64,000 nt of DNA from Candidatus Poribacteria bacterium (GTDB lineage Bacteria > Poribacteria > WGA-4E > WGA-3G), in NCBI GenBank assembly GCA_965205015.1, contig OZ242029.1:3808001-3872000 (forward strand). Reading direction: 5' to 3'. Below are positions 1 through 10,112 of the stretch, piece after piece (positions within the stretch are counted from its first letter, which is position 1; each line of letters begins with the position of its first letter). Position numbers and translations under genes: made by a program. Under the pieces are notes generated by a model. The model did no database searches and was not told the DNA's origin. It saw only the letters and a program-made list of their open reading frames with translations.

Positions 1-96
1 ACCCCTCCGCTACGCTTACGGGCTACGCGTTTAGGTTTAACGAACACCTCTTTACCGACTGCTGATAGGTGACGGCTGATTGCCGGCTGCCATATT

Positions 97-1911
97 CTAA
101 CGGAGTGAAATTGCGGGACAATAAATTCTTTTCCATTCACGATGCCACCACGCGCCTTCCGAACGTTTTGTTGCGAGATCCGTAAAGCGATACTCGTAAA
201 GGGTTGCACGGATATAGCGCGGGGGTTTATCCGGGAACGGATCCTCTGCCAACAATTGTAGCACCTCAGGCTTGCCTTGTAGTAATGCTCCCATGAAATT
301 GAGGAACCACGGCGTCCTTTGATAACTGCCTTGGAGGGCGGCAAACCACATCTGCCAATCGAGTCGTGGCTGGTGTGGGGCAACCCATTTTGGGGCAACA
401 GTCAGATCCCCCGGTTTCCATCGAAATTGGTAAGTTTCCCATGTGATCCGATCGTTGCTGCCTTCAACGATAATTTCCGGACGCGATTCCGTCATATCTG
501 CAAAGAGTCCGTAGGTATTCACGCTCCGAAAGGGCGCGATCCAAGCGACATCTGGAAACTTTATCTCTCTGAAGAGTTGTCCACCGAATCGGATGCCGCT
601 CAGTAGAAAGAGGAGCGTTGCCAGGACCGCTATGCCGATGCGTCTATTATATCGGTGGAGAGGTTGCTCGACAAGGTGGATAGGCGGCATAAACCGTTTC
701 GGGAGCAAATATTTCCACGTCACATCGTCAATCAGCAGGAGACATAGTGCAATTGTCAGCAGATTGAAAAAACAGTAGTTACCTGTTAGAATGATCAGTA
801 CTTGTAGACCGACGAACCCGATACATCCGGCAGTCCGTACGCGTCGCGGTGCGAAGATCAGGAAGGGAACGACCAACTCAGCCGCGAACATACCAATCAC
901 AGAGGCTTTCTGGAACCATTCCGGCAACTGATGCACATACCATCCGAGCCTTGTCGGTAACGGCTGTGTCTCATAGTGGAAGTTGAGGGCAGTAAGGTTT
1001 CGCCACACCTCGTCACTGGCGAGTTTAACAAACCCGGAGGCAAACATCAACCTGAATAGGAGCCAACGGAGAAGCCATAAAAATGCCGTTGAGGGTTGGG
1101 ACGCCCGTGTGAACCTTTCCCGGAGTTGCAGCGGCGCGAAAAAGATTGCCAAAAATCCTGCCTCTAAGAGCAGGACATCCCACTGGAAACTCAGAAAAAC
1201 TTGTCCCACTGACACAAGCGACAGATAAAACGTCCACAAACCGACTAAGGCGAATGGTGGAACGAAGCCTGCGATTAAGACGAGAGACAGAAGCACACCA
1301 CCAGCACACAAGAAATTGAGGCAGGTATCCGAGGCATTCAACCAGAAGAGTGTCGGAACGAGGTAGTAGCCTTCCGTTCCGATTTGCTCACGGACAGCCT
1401 CCAGATACTGTTCTGCAGGCAAAATCCCATCGCTCCCAACGAGTCCGTGAATCTGTACCCACAGGGACAAAAAAGCGATGAGGTAGATACAACCGAGTCC
1501 GCGCAGGAACAGCCATCTCGAAAAACAGAACGCGGTTCTCTCGGTGTGTGTCCCCCATACCCCTCTTGTCATCGCAGAGAAGAAGGGACGATGCTGCGCA
1601 ATGAAACGGTAAATGCCTTCAGACAGGCTCGCGAACCCCGGCAAATGGTAGTAACACCAAAGAAACAGACCGTTGTCCAGGGCGCGCAGGACAGCCGCTG
1701 CCCCGCTCAAAACCGTCCCGTTCTGAAGTATTAACTGAACTGAGTTCTCAAACGCTGAAAGCGGTATCTCTGGGAATTGTGTTGCCACCGCTTGATAGGG
1801 GGCATAGTCAACGCGATCACCAGTGACGTGTTGCCACTGCGCAATCCAGTATCGGCAAAAGTCGCAGGCGTTATCGTAAACAAGGAGCGGTTTGTTGCTT
1901 TGTGAGTGCAT
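97..1911 (-). CDS. DCC1-like thiol-disulfide oxidoreductase (DUF393) fused to lipase maturation factor (LMF) family membrane protein
   Basis: N-terminal YDNACDFC (DxxCxxC). LMF motifs FQWDVLLLEAGF, HYETQPLP, GNYCFFNLLT and APHQPRLDWQMWFAAL. Many TM segments. Confidence 0.88.
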   Translation of the reverse strand: MHSQSNKPLLVYDNACDFCRYWIAQWQHVTGDRVDYAPYQAVATQFPEIPLSAFENSVQLILQNGTVLSGAAAVLRALDNGLFLWCYYHLPGFASLSEGIYRFIAQHRPFFSAMTRGVWGTHTERTAFCFSRWLFLRGLGCIYLIAFLSLWVQIHGLVGSDGILPAEQYLEAVREQIGTEGYYLVPTLFWLNASDTCLNFLCAGGVLLSLVLIAGFVPPFALVGLWTFYLSLVSVGQVFLSFQWDVLLLEAGFLAIFFAPLQLRERFTRASQPSTAFLWLLRWLLFRLMFASGFVKLASDEVWRNLTALNFHYETQPLPTRLGWYVHQLPEWFQKASVIGMFAAELVVPFLIFAPRRVRTAGCIGFVGLQVLIILTGNYCFFNLLTIALCLLLIDDVTWKYLLPKRFMPPIHLVEQPLHRYNRRIGIAVLATLLFLLSGIRFGGQLFREIKFPDVAWIAPFRSVNTYGLFADMTESRPEIIVEGSNDRITWETYQFRWKPGDLTVAPKWVAPHQPRLDWQMWFAALQGSYQRTPWFLNFMGALLQGKPEVLQLLAEDPFPDKPPRYIRATLYEYRFTDLATKRSEGAWWHREWKRIYCPAISLR

Positions 1912-2058
1912 CAAAGGATTTTAATTTTTCCTTGCGGATAAGTAACGTCCTTATGAATTTTGACGTTTTTTGCTTTCGAGTCGCCTACGCCGTTGTTGCA
2001 GGCTTGTGGTCCGGCGTTGTGGAGTCATTGGGTGAGTTTCATGGTTACACGGGGAGGA

Positions 2059-3288
2059 TTAGCGCCATGCGTGGTGAATTTTGGCGATGGCTTCCGCAAT
2101 CTGATCCATATTTGTTTCTGAGCTGAGGAAGAGATTCTGGAAAAGCCATACGCTCTGCTCACAGACAGATGCGGCGTTTGGGCACGGCAATGATCGGATA
2201 AGGTGCGGGTATTTCTTCGCGACGTGCGCCATTCCGGGTTCTTGCGAGAGTGGGGAGCGGTAACCGATGGAACACGGGATGCCTTCGGCAGACAGCGCGT
2301 CCACAAATTCCTGTCGCGATTTACCTCCAAATCCTTGGGAATCATATTTCAAGCAGTAGAGATGATACCCGTGTTTGGTCACCCATGGGGCAAGTTTCGG
2401 GGGTGTGATACCCTCAATCGCTTTCAAAGCGTTGGAGAGATAGGTTGCGTTTCGATTGCGACGATCGGTTTGTGCCTCTAACAGTTCCAATCGGACGAGT
2501 AATATTGCAGCGAGATACTCTGAGGGACGGTAGTTCCATCCGAGTCGGGGATATTCCCATCTCGCGCCCCCTGGTGCGCGTCCGACATTCATGAAAGCAC
2601 AGACTCTGTCATGAATATCTTTGTCGTTTGTGGTAACCATCCCGCCTTCACCGGACGTCAGATTCTTTGACGCTTGGAAACTAAACGCGCCGACATTGCT
2701 GAGGGACCCCACCTTTTTCGTCTGATACTCCGCCCCGTGCGCCTGTGCGCAGTCCTCAATGATTGCGAGGTTATGGCGTTGGGCAATTTCTCGTAGTGCC
2801 CCCATATCTGCTGGATGTCCACCGAGGTGGACGGGTAGAATTGCTCGCGTTTCTGAACCAATAGCCGCCTCTACCGCTTTCGGATCAATCGTGAAGGTCT
2901 CGGGTGAAATGTCTACGAACACCACGGTGCATCGGCGTTCTAACACTGCGCTTGCGGTTGCGACGAAGGTATAATTCGGCACGATAACCTCGCCGCCATC
3001 GCTAAATCCATCGAGATCCAGCGCGCCCGCTAAAGCGGCACTGATTGAATCCGTCCCATGCGGCATAAAGAGGGCGTAATTTGTTCCAGAATACTGGGCA
3101 TATTGTTCACCCAAACGCTCAATCATTGTGCCGCCGGAGCCTTCATTCGCACTCAAGTATACTTCGCGGAGCAGGGGCTCAACTTTCGATTCCCACTCTT
3201 CAGTCGTGGTCAGCGGCCATGCAGACCACGGTTCGCTTTCTGTATTTCGTACAGGAGTGCCGCCTGAAATCGCTAATAGGTTGGACAT
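2059..3288 (-). CDS. DegT/DnrJ/EryC1/StrS family PLP-dependent aminotransferase
   Basis: IIEDCAQAHGA, FSFQASKNLTSGEGG (PLP Lys) and GWNYR motifs. Confidence 0.92.
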   Translation of the reverse strand: MSNLLAISGGTPVRNTESEPWSAWPLTTTEEWESKVEPLLREVYLSANEGSGGTMIERLGEQYAQYSGTNYALFMPHGTDSISAALAGALDLDGFSDGGEVIVPNYTFVATASAVLERRCTVVFVDISPETFTIDPKAVEAAIGSETRAILPVHLGGHPADMGALREIAQRHNLAIIEDCAQAHGAEYQTKKVGSLSNVGAFSFQASKNLTSGEGGMVTTNDKDIHDRVCAFMNVGRAPGGARWEYPRLGWNYRPSEYLAAILLVRLELLEAQTDRRNRNATYLSNALKAIEGITPPKLAPWVTKHGYHLYCLKYDSQGFGGKSRQEFVDALSAEGIPCSIGYRSPLSQEPGMAHVAKKYPHLIRSLPCPNAASVCEQSVWLFQNLFLSSETNMDQIAEAIAKIHHAWR

Positions 3289-3323
3289 GTTTTCTAATTT
3301 TCCTTGCGGTTAAATAACGTGCG

Positions 3324-4073
3324 TTAGAACTCTTGCATGCGTTTCTTAAACCCGCTTTGTCTGTTTCGGTGGGTGGGACTTCCCTCTTCATCCACATACA
3401 CAACTTCCCAACCCGCTGGTGGAATGCCGGTATTCAAGAGATCAAGTTCCTGTCTTTCAGAAAGTTCAGGACCCTCAGTTAAGATCTGCTCTCCGTTCCG
3501 CGATTTCGTTATGGCGCGTGCCGTATGCCAGATCTGTGCTGTTGATTCAGTTTTTAGGACGTAGATTCTTCCCGGAATTTGGGGCAACGCGTTTTCACCT
3601 ATCATAAAATAGCTTTCCACTTCTGGGTTGGCTCGGTTCGCTTCAGTGATGTGCTCCGCCTCTTGGATTAGGGCGTTAATATAACTCGCTTTAACAATTT
3701 TCCAGTCATTTCCGGTATAAAATTCTTCCAAGATTAGATCCGATCGCATATCAAGATATTCACTGTAGGTTTTGAAATTCTCTATCGTTATACCTCTATC
3801 GAGGAGCATCTGAAGCCATTCTTCACGTGGATATTTGGTGTCCATATCCGCCAATGTGAAAGCGATATGGCGTTTCTCGCCATGAAATATCTCCGCAGTA
3901 GTGGTCTTCTCATGAGAACTATACCTATCATCAAACGCCTCCATGAGTGCTCCAACGGTTTGGGGTCCCGTGTATCGCTCTGTTTTCGCTTTCGAATCTA
4001 ACTTTAAGTAACACCCAACAAAGATAATTCCGAGGATGAGCAAGAATAGAAAAATTCGCATAATATGTCTCAT
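3324..4073 (-). CDS. hypothetical membrane-anchored or exported protein
   Basis: 249-aa ORF with N-terminal hydrophobic helix and AGGAG RBS; no family recognised. Confidence 0.7.
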   Translation of the reverse strand: MRHIMRIFLFLLILGIIFVGCYLKLDSKAKTERYTGPQTVGALMEAFDDRYSSHEKTTTAEIFHGEKRHIAFTLADMDTKYPREEWLQMLLDRGITIENFKTYSEYLDMRSDLILEEFYTGNDWKIVKASYINALIQEAEHITEANRANPEVESYFMIGENALPQIPGRIYVLKTESTAQIWHTARAITKSRNGEQILTEGPELSERQELDLLNTGIPPAGWEVVYVDEEGSPTHRNRQSGFKKRMQEF

Positions 4074-4155
4074 GACTTTCTCTCCTATAGTATTTGTGGA
4101 TTTTCTACAGAATATACACTATTCGCGGAAAAATTACAAGAAAAAAATAGTATAT

Positions 4156-4184
4156 TTGACAATTGGGTGATGACTGTATACAAT
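4156..4184 (+). promoter_or_regulatory. sigma70-type promoter
   Basis: TTGACA-17-TACAAT upstream of 4229. Confidence 0.65.
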
Positions 4185-4228
4185 TAACAGAAATTAACTT
4201 TTAAAATTGACTAAAAAGGAGTCAAAAA

Positions 4229-5197
4229 TTGAGAAATTTTCTGTTAATACTACTTGTTATAGGACTCGCTGCGCTCGGCATTACCGGTTGTGACAGACCT
4301 ATGGCGAAACCGATGATGGATGCGGTTACACCGACTGATATGCCGACAAAGGACGCTCCAGAAGCGTTTGCAATGGCGTTGGTTCAAGGTGCGATCGATC
4401 TTTACAAGACAGAGGGTCGCGAGGCGATGATAGCCTACCACAACAGTCCTGAAAGTATTGATGGACAGTGGTATGTGTTTATTACAGATGAAAACAATAT
4501 CTATCTCGCGCATCCAGTGAAACCTGAATTCATCGGTAGAGATATAACACAGATTAGACAGATTCCTGGAATTGATGGAAGAGTTATCGGCGTGGAGATT
4601 GCGATGACGACAGAAGTGGGACGTTGGACCGAGTATCTGTGGCCTAATCCCGAAACGAACAAGTTGGAACAGAAGCGCACCTGGTCAATCCGACACGATG
4701 GGTATCTCTTTGCTGCCGGGTATTACGAACCGTGGGGTCCAGATCCCGCAACGCTTCCAGTGCTCTCGAAAGATGATCCGGAGGGATTTACGCGGTCTAT
4801 CGTATTGGCGGCAATTGCGCGCTATGAATTTGAAGGGGTCGCGGCTACGGCAGCATACTATAACGATCCGGCAAATATTGATGGACAGTGGTATGTGCTC
4901 ATTACTGACGAAAACGATATCTATGTCGCACACCCACTGAGACCTGACTTTATAGGGATGGATATTAAAGATATTCCCGGTCTTGACGGAACACCTATCG
5001 GGACGGAAATTGCCATGGCGACAGGGACAGGACTCTGGATTGAGTATTTGTGGCCCAACCCTGAAAGCGGCGAGGTAGCGTTGAAGCGAACCTGGGCAAT
5101 TCGGCACGATGGCTACCTCTTCGGGTCTGGATACTATGAACCAACATCTGAGGATGCTCCGACGATGGCTGAAGATGCTGCACCAGAAGTGAATTAA
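4229..5197 (+). CDS. lipoprotein with two tandem single-Cache domains
   Basis: Lipobox LGITGC. Internal duplication (IDGQWYVxITDEN..AHP..G.DI..G.W.EYLWPNPE..KRTW.IRHDGYLF..GYYEP twice), typical of Cache_2. Confidence 0.82.
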   Translation: MRNFLLILLVIGLAALGITGCDRPMAKPMMDAVTPTDMPTKDAPEAFAMALVQGAIDLYKTEGREAMIAYHNSPESIDGQWYVFITDENNIYLAHPVKPEFIGRDITQIRQIPGIDGRVIGVEIAMTTEVGRWTEYLWPNPETNKLEQKRTWSIRHDGYLFAAGYYEPWGPDPATLPVLSKDDPEGFTRSIVLAAIARYEFEGVAATAAYYNDPANIDGQWYVLITDENDIYVAHPLRPDFIGMDIKDIPGLDGTPIGTEIAMATGTGLWIEYLWPNPESGEVALKRTWAIRHDGYLFGSGYYEPTSEDAPTMAEDAAPEVN

Positions 5198-6270
5198 ATG
5201 GACCTGCGATTCGCCACCAATTGGCGAATCGTTTCCACCACTGTCTCTGTATCTCGGAGGCGGTTTTTCAATCCATTGGAGGTAAGAGCATTGGCAATGT
5301 GCGTTTCTAAGTCGTCGAGTCTGCATCGACTCACAATGGAATGCTCTTCCATATACCGATAGACTTCATATCGCTTCGGTAGCCTCGCCCTTTCTTCTGA
5401 CAGCATGAGAACGACGACTTTGCGTTCACTGCTTGCCGCCTCACACACCATTGAAAAACTGTCCGCAGTGACGATGAGCAGATCGCTTACGGCGAGGATG
5501 GCTTGGTAGGGATCTTCAAGTTCTGAGGGTGTCTCAGGGGTCATAAAGAGCGGGCACCCGTCGGTGTGTTTTAGGGTTGATACCAAATGTCCCGTTACAT
5601 CGGGGGGCGTTCGGCGGGAGGTCGTTACAAATATCTGCGCGTTCATTTTTTTTACAGTGGCTTTGCAAATCTTGCTAAGTCGTTCAGCATCCTCTATTGT
5701 AATAGTCTCATGCCGATCTGTCCCCCCGAGTAGGACACCAATCCGTGGACCGTCCGATAACTTCAGTTTATCCTTCAATTGTTTTCGTTTAGCATCCAGC
5801 GTGTCTGGTGAAATCGGGTTTGGCACGCCGATGGTTCGGCAAATGTTGTCCTTCCGCGATGTATTGCGCCAAGAGATCATTGGTAGGATTGCGAGGTCAA
5901 AATATCGGGTGCCTACCGGTGAGGGTCTACGACACGTAACCGTCTTAGCACCGAGCATTCTGCCGAGGAGTAGGTTCACCGCCGCCATAGATGAACCTGT
6001 TGAGAGGATAATATCGGCGGTTTGGAGCTGGGCGAGTGTGTTGTAAGATTCAGGGTTAAGACTCCACCGCAGAAGCGTGTGGCTCAGGGACATGGAAAGC
6101 GGCGCGCCGCCAAAAACAGACATAAAAACGCGTAGAAAGTTGTCGCGCCATTTGTGCCGAAACTGTATCTCAAGCCATGCCGTTCGGCATTCAGGCATTT
6201 TTTCGACAATGCCTAAGGATTGTTTGTAATGTCCCGGTTTCTTGTCGCTTAAGATAACAACGCTGATCAT
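5194..6270 (-). CDS. ELM1/GtrOC1 family (putative glycosyltransferase-fold) protein
   Basis: SDKKPGHYKQSLG, TTSRRTP and VTADSFSMVCEA motifs; ATGA-coupled to the upstream gene. Confidence 0.85.
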   Translation of the reverse strand: MISVVILSDKKPGHYKQSLGIVEKMPECRTAWLEIQFRHKWRDNFLRVFMSVFGGAPLSMSLSHTLLRWSLNPESYNTLAQLQTADIILSTGSSMAAVNLLLGRMLGAKTVTCRRPSPVGTRYFDLAILPMISWRNTSRKDNICRTIGVPNPISPDTLDAKRKQLKDKLKLSDGPRIGVLLGGTDRHETITIEDAERLSKICKATVKKMNAQIFVTTSRRTPPDVTGHLVSTLKHTDGCPLFMTPETPSELEDPYQAILAVSDLLIVTADSFSMVCEAASSERKVVVLMLSEERARLPKRYEVYRYMEEHSIVSRCRLDDLETHIANALTSNGLKNRLRDTETVVETIRQLVANRRSI

Positions 6271-7019
6271 TTTAATGTATATTCAATGAGTTCCGTTGTG
6301 CCGTGTTCGTCTTCGATTTTGATGACACCTACGTGCGGTGCAAACCATATCGTCTGATTCCCTTGAATCGTCTCATCTGTCGAAAAAAGCGTATGCGTGA
6401 TTTCGGTCTGGTGTTCTATCTGATATGTCTTTTCAAAGTTCCCAGCGGGCGTTTCCAGTGGACTTTCAGCAACGACTTCCGCTTTGACACTTATATGCGC
6501 TTCAAAAGGTATTTGGAGCAGGGTCAGGTTTTGCAAAATAATATTTCCGCTGACCTCTATGTTCAGGGCGTCCCACTGAAAATTGGGAACCAGTGGTATC
6601 TGGAAAAAAACGAGTTCAGGATGCGCGAACGGTTCTATTGCAACGGTCAATTCTAAACCGGCGAATTCGTCCTGCACTGCTTTTGGAATTTCGGTTTGAA
6701 GGTAGTCCGTTACCTTTTGACTGACCGTGAACATAACCTTGTTCGGTGTAACCCGATAGTATGTAGAATTCAGAAAATCGAGGTTGGTTCCCGCAAGTGG
6801 GGGTGTATCCTTGAAGATCCGATAGTCTTTTCCCTCAATATTTGCCTCACCACTCACTTCCCGTGTCCATTGGGACCCATCAGCATTTCTATACATCCAT
6901 CGGTTTCCAATAGCATCGGGAAAGTAGTTCGGCATCTGTTCCACTGGCGCAGGCGTTTCATCTGAACCGCATCCGAATAGAATAAAAGTAGCACACAGGA
7001 TTAGAAAAGTCGGTCGCAT
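6267..7019 (-). CDS. hypothetical lipoprotein
   Basis: Lipobox LFGC; YFP..GNRW.Y, TPAGNF and WFAPHVGVIK pattern of beta-rich lipoproteins. Confidence 0.75.
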   Translation of the reverse strand: MRPTFLILCATFILFGCGSDETPAPVEQMPNYFPDAIGNRWMYRNADGSQWTREVSGEANIEGKDYRIFKDTPPLAGTNLDFLNSTYYRVTPNKVMFTVSQKVTDYLQTEIPKAVQDEFAGLELTVAIEPFAHPELVFFQIPLVPNFQWDALNIEVSGNIILQNLTLLQIPFEAHISVKAEVVAESPLETPAGNFEKTYQIEHQTEITHTLFSTDETIQGNQTIWFAPHVGVIKIEDEHGTTELIEYTLK

Positions 7020-7100
7020 TTTATTCTTTCAGCATTCTCCTTCGTCTATACTCTAAAGATAGTATAACACATCGTCAAGAAAATTGACTATTCTATTCAT

Positions 7101-7250
7101 TAGGACTTACGCAGAGATGCGATAAATCGCATCTCTACAAACAGATATACCTCGCAAATGTATGTTTTTCAAAGGGAGTTCGGTTCGTAGTAGCACAATA
7201 GCGAAAGTCGCGTGTGGACTTGCGGGACAATGCGCATTGCGTAGGTCCTG
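7101..7250. mobile_element. MITE, 150 bp
   Basis: Inverted ends TAGGACTTACGCA / TGCGTAGGTCCTG, flanked by direct repeat TTCAT at 7096-7100 and 7251-7255. Confidence 0.75.
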
Positions 7251-7276
7251 TTCATTTAACCGACTGCCGACCACTC

Positions 7277-7302
7277 TTGTAGGAGGGATCTCCGAATCCC
7301 GA
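7277..7302 (+). repeat. GTAG-type REP-like element
   Basis: TTGTAGGAGGGATCTCCGAATCCCGA; inverted copy at 22682-22707 and variants at 9889-9912 and 32701-32726. Confidence 0.7.
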
Positions 7303-7373
7303 AGTATTTCTTGACAAATAGATTGAATGTGTTATGCTATTAAATATCTTGGATTCCAAGAAGGGAGATTTTC

Positions 7374-8273
7374 ATGCAAACTGTGACGAGAAACGTTTGT
7401 GACCCGGTTACAAAGCAGATATATGAAATACAACTGCCAGCACGCGCTGAGATAAAAAGAACTATTCCTCAGCTTGATTTTCCACCTGAAGGTTTCAAGT
7501 ATAGAGACGTGGCGGCTCTATTAGCAAAAAAGTTTCAACTCTCTGATGAACAGATAAATGCTAAATATAAGTCGCACGTGGAAGCGAATTCTACAGAAAC
7601 TGTTTGGCGGGACGTGCTGGTTTTCGATACTATCCGACAACTTTTTAAAGAAGGAAAATTAGAACAACCAAGAGGACGAGGTAAACCTTATGTGCTCGCT
7701 AAGAATATACCTCTAACACCCCGCAAAGCTGATTTAAATTCTGACCTCGGTCCTGTTCCCGAAAAATCCATTGAAGAAAATTATCAGCAAATCAGAAAAG
7801 AATTAGCAGCAGAACTGCTACAAAAGATAAGGGATAACACCCCTGCTTTTTTTGAAGAATTAGTCATTGATCTACTTGTGGCAATGGGCTACGGAGGTTC
7901 GCGCGAAGATGCCCAAACCGTAGGGCGTAGTGGAGATGGTGGAATTGACGGCATTATTAAGGCGGATCCACTCGGCCTTAATGTGGTTTATGTTCAAGCA
8001 AAAAGGTGGAAAGACAACGTTGGTGAACCACCACTCCGAGATTTTGTAGGGGCATTAGATGGGAAAGGGGTCCAAGAAGGGATTTTCATTACCACTTCGG
8101 ATTTTAATCCAGCTGCTAAAAATTTTACGGAAAGAAGTTCCAAGAGAGTTATTCTTATCAATGGAAACCAACTTGCCCAATTTATGATTGACCACAACGT
8201 TGGCGTTTCCGTAGAGAAAACCTACGAAATCAAACGCGTAGATTCTGATTATTTTGCTGAAGGCACTACGTAA
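7374..8273 (+). CDS. mrr: Mrr-family type IV restriction endonuclease
   Basis: FFEELVIDLLVAMGYGGS, GDGGIDG, VYVQAKRW, GIFITTSDF and DSDYF C-terminus. Confidence 0.9.
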   Translation: MQTVTRNVCDPVTKQIYEIQLPARAEIKRTIPQLDFPPEGFKYRDVAALLAKKFQLSDEQINAKYKSHVEANSTETVWRDVLVFDTIRQLFKEGKLEQPRGRGKPYVLAKNIPLTPRKADLNSDLGPVPEKSIEENYQQIRKELAAELLQKIRDNTPAFFEELVIDLLVAMGYGGSREDAQTVGRSGDGGIDGIIKADPLGLNVVYVQAKRWKDNVGEPPLRDFVGALDGKGVQEGIFITTSDFNPAAKNFTERSSKRVILINGNQLAQFMIDHNVGVSVEKTYEIKRVDSDYFAEGTT

Positions 8274-8307
8274 TATACGGTGCGCATTACGGAGGAAAGA
8301 ACACATC

Positions 8308-8547
8308 ATGCAAGGTCGAATTCCACATACATTAGCAGAACGAATTGTCTGTGATGAAAATATCCTCACAGGGAAGCCTGTTATTAAAGGCACCCGATTA
8401 GCCGTTGAATTCATCATTGATTTGCTGGCACATGGCTGGAGCGAGACAGAGATTCTTGAAAATTATCCTCACATTGTGCAAGAGGACATCCGTGCATGTC
8501 TGTTATTTGAATCGGAAGTATCAGGAAGGCAGATAGATAATCTCTGA
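8308..8547 (+). CDS. DUF433 family protein (antitoxin-like), no partner toxin adjacent
   Basis: ILTGKPVIKGTRLAVE...EILENYP..DIRACL. Confidence 0.85.
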   Translation: MQGRIPHTLAERIVCDENILTGKPVIKGTRLAVEFIIDLLAHGWSETEILENYPHIVQEDIRACLLFESEVSGRQIDNL

Positions 8548-8580
8548 CTCTCCTTTTTATTCCATCTGCCCGCTACTTTA

Positions 8581-9762
8581 TCATATCACTTCCATCCAAA
8601 CCCCGGGCACGAACCCCGGATACGCTCCCTCACTGAACGCCGGATAATAGACAGCCTCATCACGGAAATCGTGAACCGCCTCGCCGCCGCTGCTGTTCGG
8701 GATGTGCACCCTACAGGTGTACTCACTCTCTCGGAACAACTGCTGGGGTGTTGGCGTAGATGCATCGACGCGATATTCTGACAGTGCCGCCTCATCCACC
8801 GTAATTCCCAAGCCTGGTGCGCCTGAAACCTGAATCGTGCCATCAACCACCGCCAGCCGCGTTTCGAGCAGATCTGATTCCCACAACTCGTGGCACGTAA
8901 TCGCTGGCAGTTCCGCTTGCGATAACACCGCACCGAGATGCACCGAGTATGCCGTTGTGATACCCGTGCCGACCATCTGGAGCCAGTAAGGCTGCGCAAA
9001 GGACGCACAGAGGGCGTTTGTCCGCAGGAGTGAGTTCACACCACCACCGACAACGAACCCACCGCAACAGCGCGCATGCAAACACGATTCGTTGAAATGC
9101 TCGACGATCCGATTTTGAACAGCCGCTTGCAATCTCGCTGCCCCTTCTACGTCCGTGCCGAGATAGTACGGACTCTCGTATATGGCGACGTTGGGATGTT
9201 CATCTAATTGTTGTAACACGGGGATAGCGTTATCCGCAGTTCGCAGAAACCCGTTGAAATCGATATCGAGTCGATAGTCTGCTGGCACGGCATCCCCGAC
9301 AGCGTTCACCTGCGCGAAGATGTCCCGCCACGGACGCGCTTTCAGTTTCGCAGACGTGTAACCCCGTTTAACGGATTCTTCGACTTCCGCAACCCAGTCT
9401 TCTGGCGGCATATCTATGTCCCACCACGAAATCGGACACCTATCACGAACCTTTGGTCCGATGAGTTGATAGGCTGGTACATCTACGGATTTACCGACGG
9501 CGTCGAAAAGCGACATCTGAATGCCGAACCCGATGCTGTCATCGTTCATACATGCGAACGCGTTCTGTCCAATGACCTGTTCAATGTTTGCCGATTCGTC
9601 TGATAGATTTTCGCCGTATCCGATAACGCCGTTACTGAGTTCGACGCGATAAACGTGGACACGTTCTCCGTGTGTTAAGGCACGGTGCATGTGTCGGCTG
9701 ACGCGTTCGTGATAGAACGGCACGTTCAACGGAATCGCTTCGAGACGTTTGATGCTAAGCAT
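8581..9762 (-). CDS. mandelate racemase/muconate lactonizing enzyme (enolase superfamily)
   Basis: DAVGKSVDVPAYQLIG, KLK, DFN and YESP metal-ligand pattern. Confidence 0.85.
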   Translation of the reverse strand: MLSIKRLEAIPLNVPFYHERVSRHMHRALTHGERVHVYRVELSNGVIGYGENLSDESANIEQVIGQNAFACMNDDSIGFGIQMSLFDAVGKSVDVPAYQLIGPKVRDRCPISWWDIDMPPEDWVAEVEESVKRGYTSAKLKARPWRDIFAQVNAVGDAVPADYRLDIDFNGFLRTADNAIPVLQQLDEHPNVAIYESPYYLGTDVEGAARLQAAVQNRIVEHFNESCLHARCCGGFVVGGGVNSLLRTNALCASFAQPYWLQMVGTGITTAYSVHLGAVLSQAELPAITCHELWESDLLETRLAVVDGTIQVSGAPGLGITVDEAALSEYRVDASTPTPQQLFRESEYTCRVHIPNSSGGEAVHDFRDEAVYYPAFSEGAYPGFVPGVWMEVI

Positions 9763-10027
9763 GAGGTGCCTCCCCAATTGGTATACTTTCGCTCAGATCG
9801 TTTGCTTTTCGCTTTTTGCTCTATGTGCTTCCGAATTGTATCACATTTCCGAAATTGTAGGTAAAAATATTGATGCGGTGGGTCCCGTGTAGGCAGGATA
9901 TCTGAATCTCGATTTCTCAGATATGTTTCCTTGAAGAAAACAGACGCGATTTGCAACAAAGGGTGTGAAAATAGGCAATCGTGAGTTTTATGGAGCATCA
10001 ACAACCGGAACCAGATAACGAACACAA

Positions 10028-10056
10028 TTGACACCTCTGCTTTTTGTTGGTATAAT
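10028..10056 (+). promoter_or_regulatory. sigma70-type promoter
   Basis: Perfect TTGACA-17-TATAAT. Confidence 0.8.
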
Positions 10057-10112
10057 ATCTTTAACATTTTCGACATTAAAACACCACGGCGTTCGCAAGC
10101 AAGGAGCAAGTT

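Noticed and set aside
4685-5326. Long antisense or alternate-frame ORFs (also 19553-20194, 25641-26318 and 28170-28745)
   Set aside because: They are shadows of well-supported genes and have no recognisable motifs.
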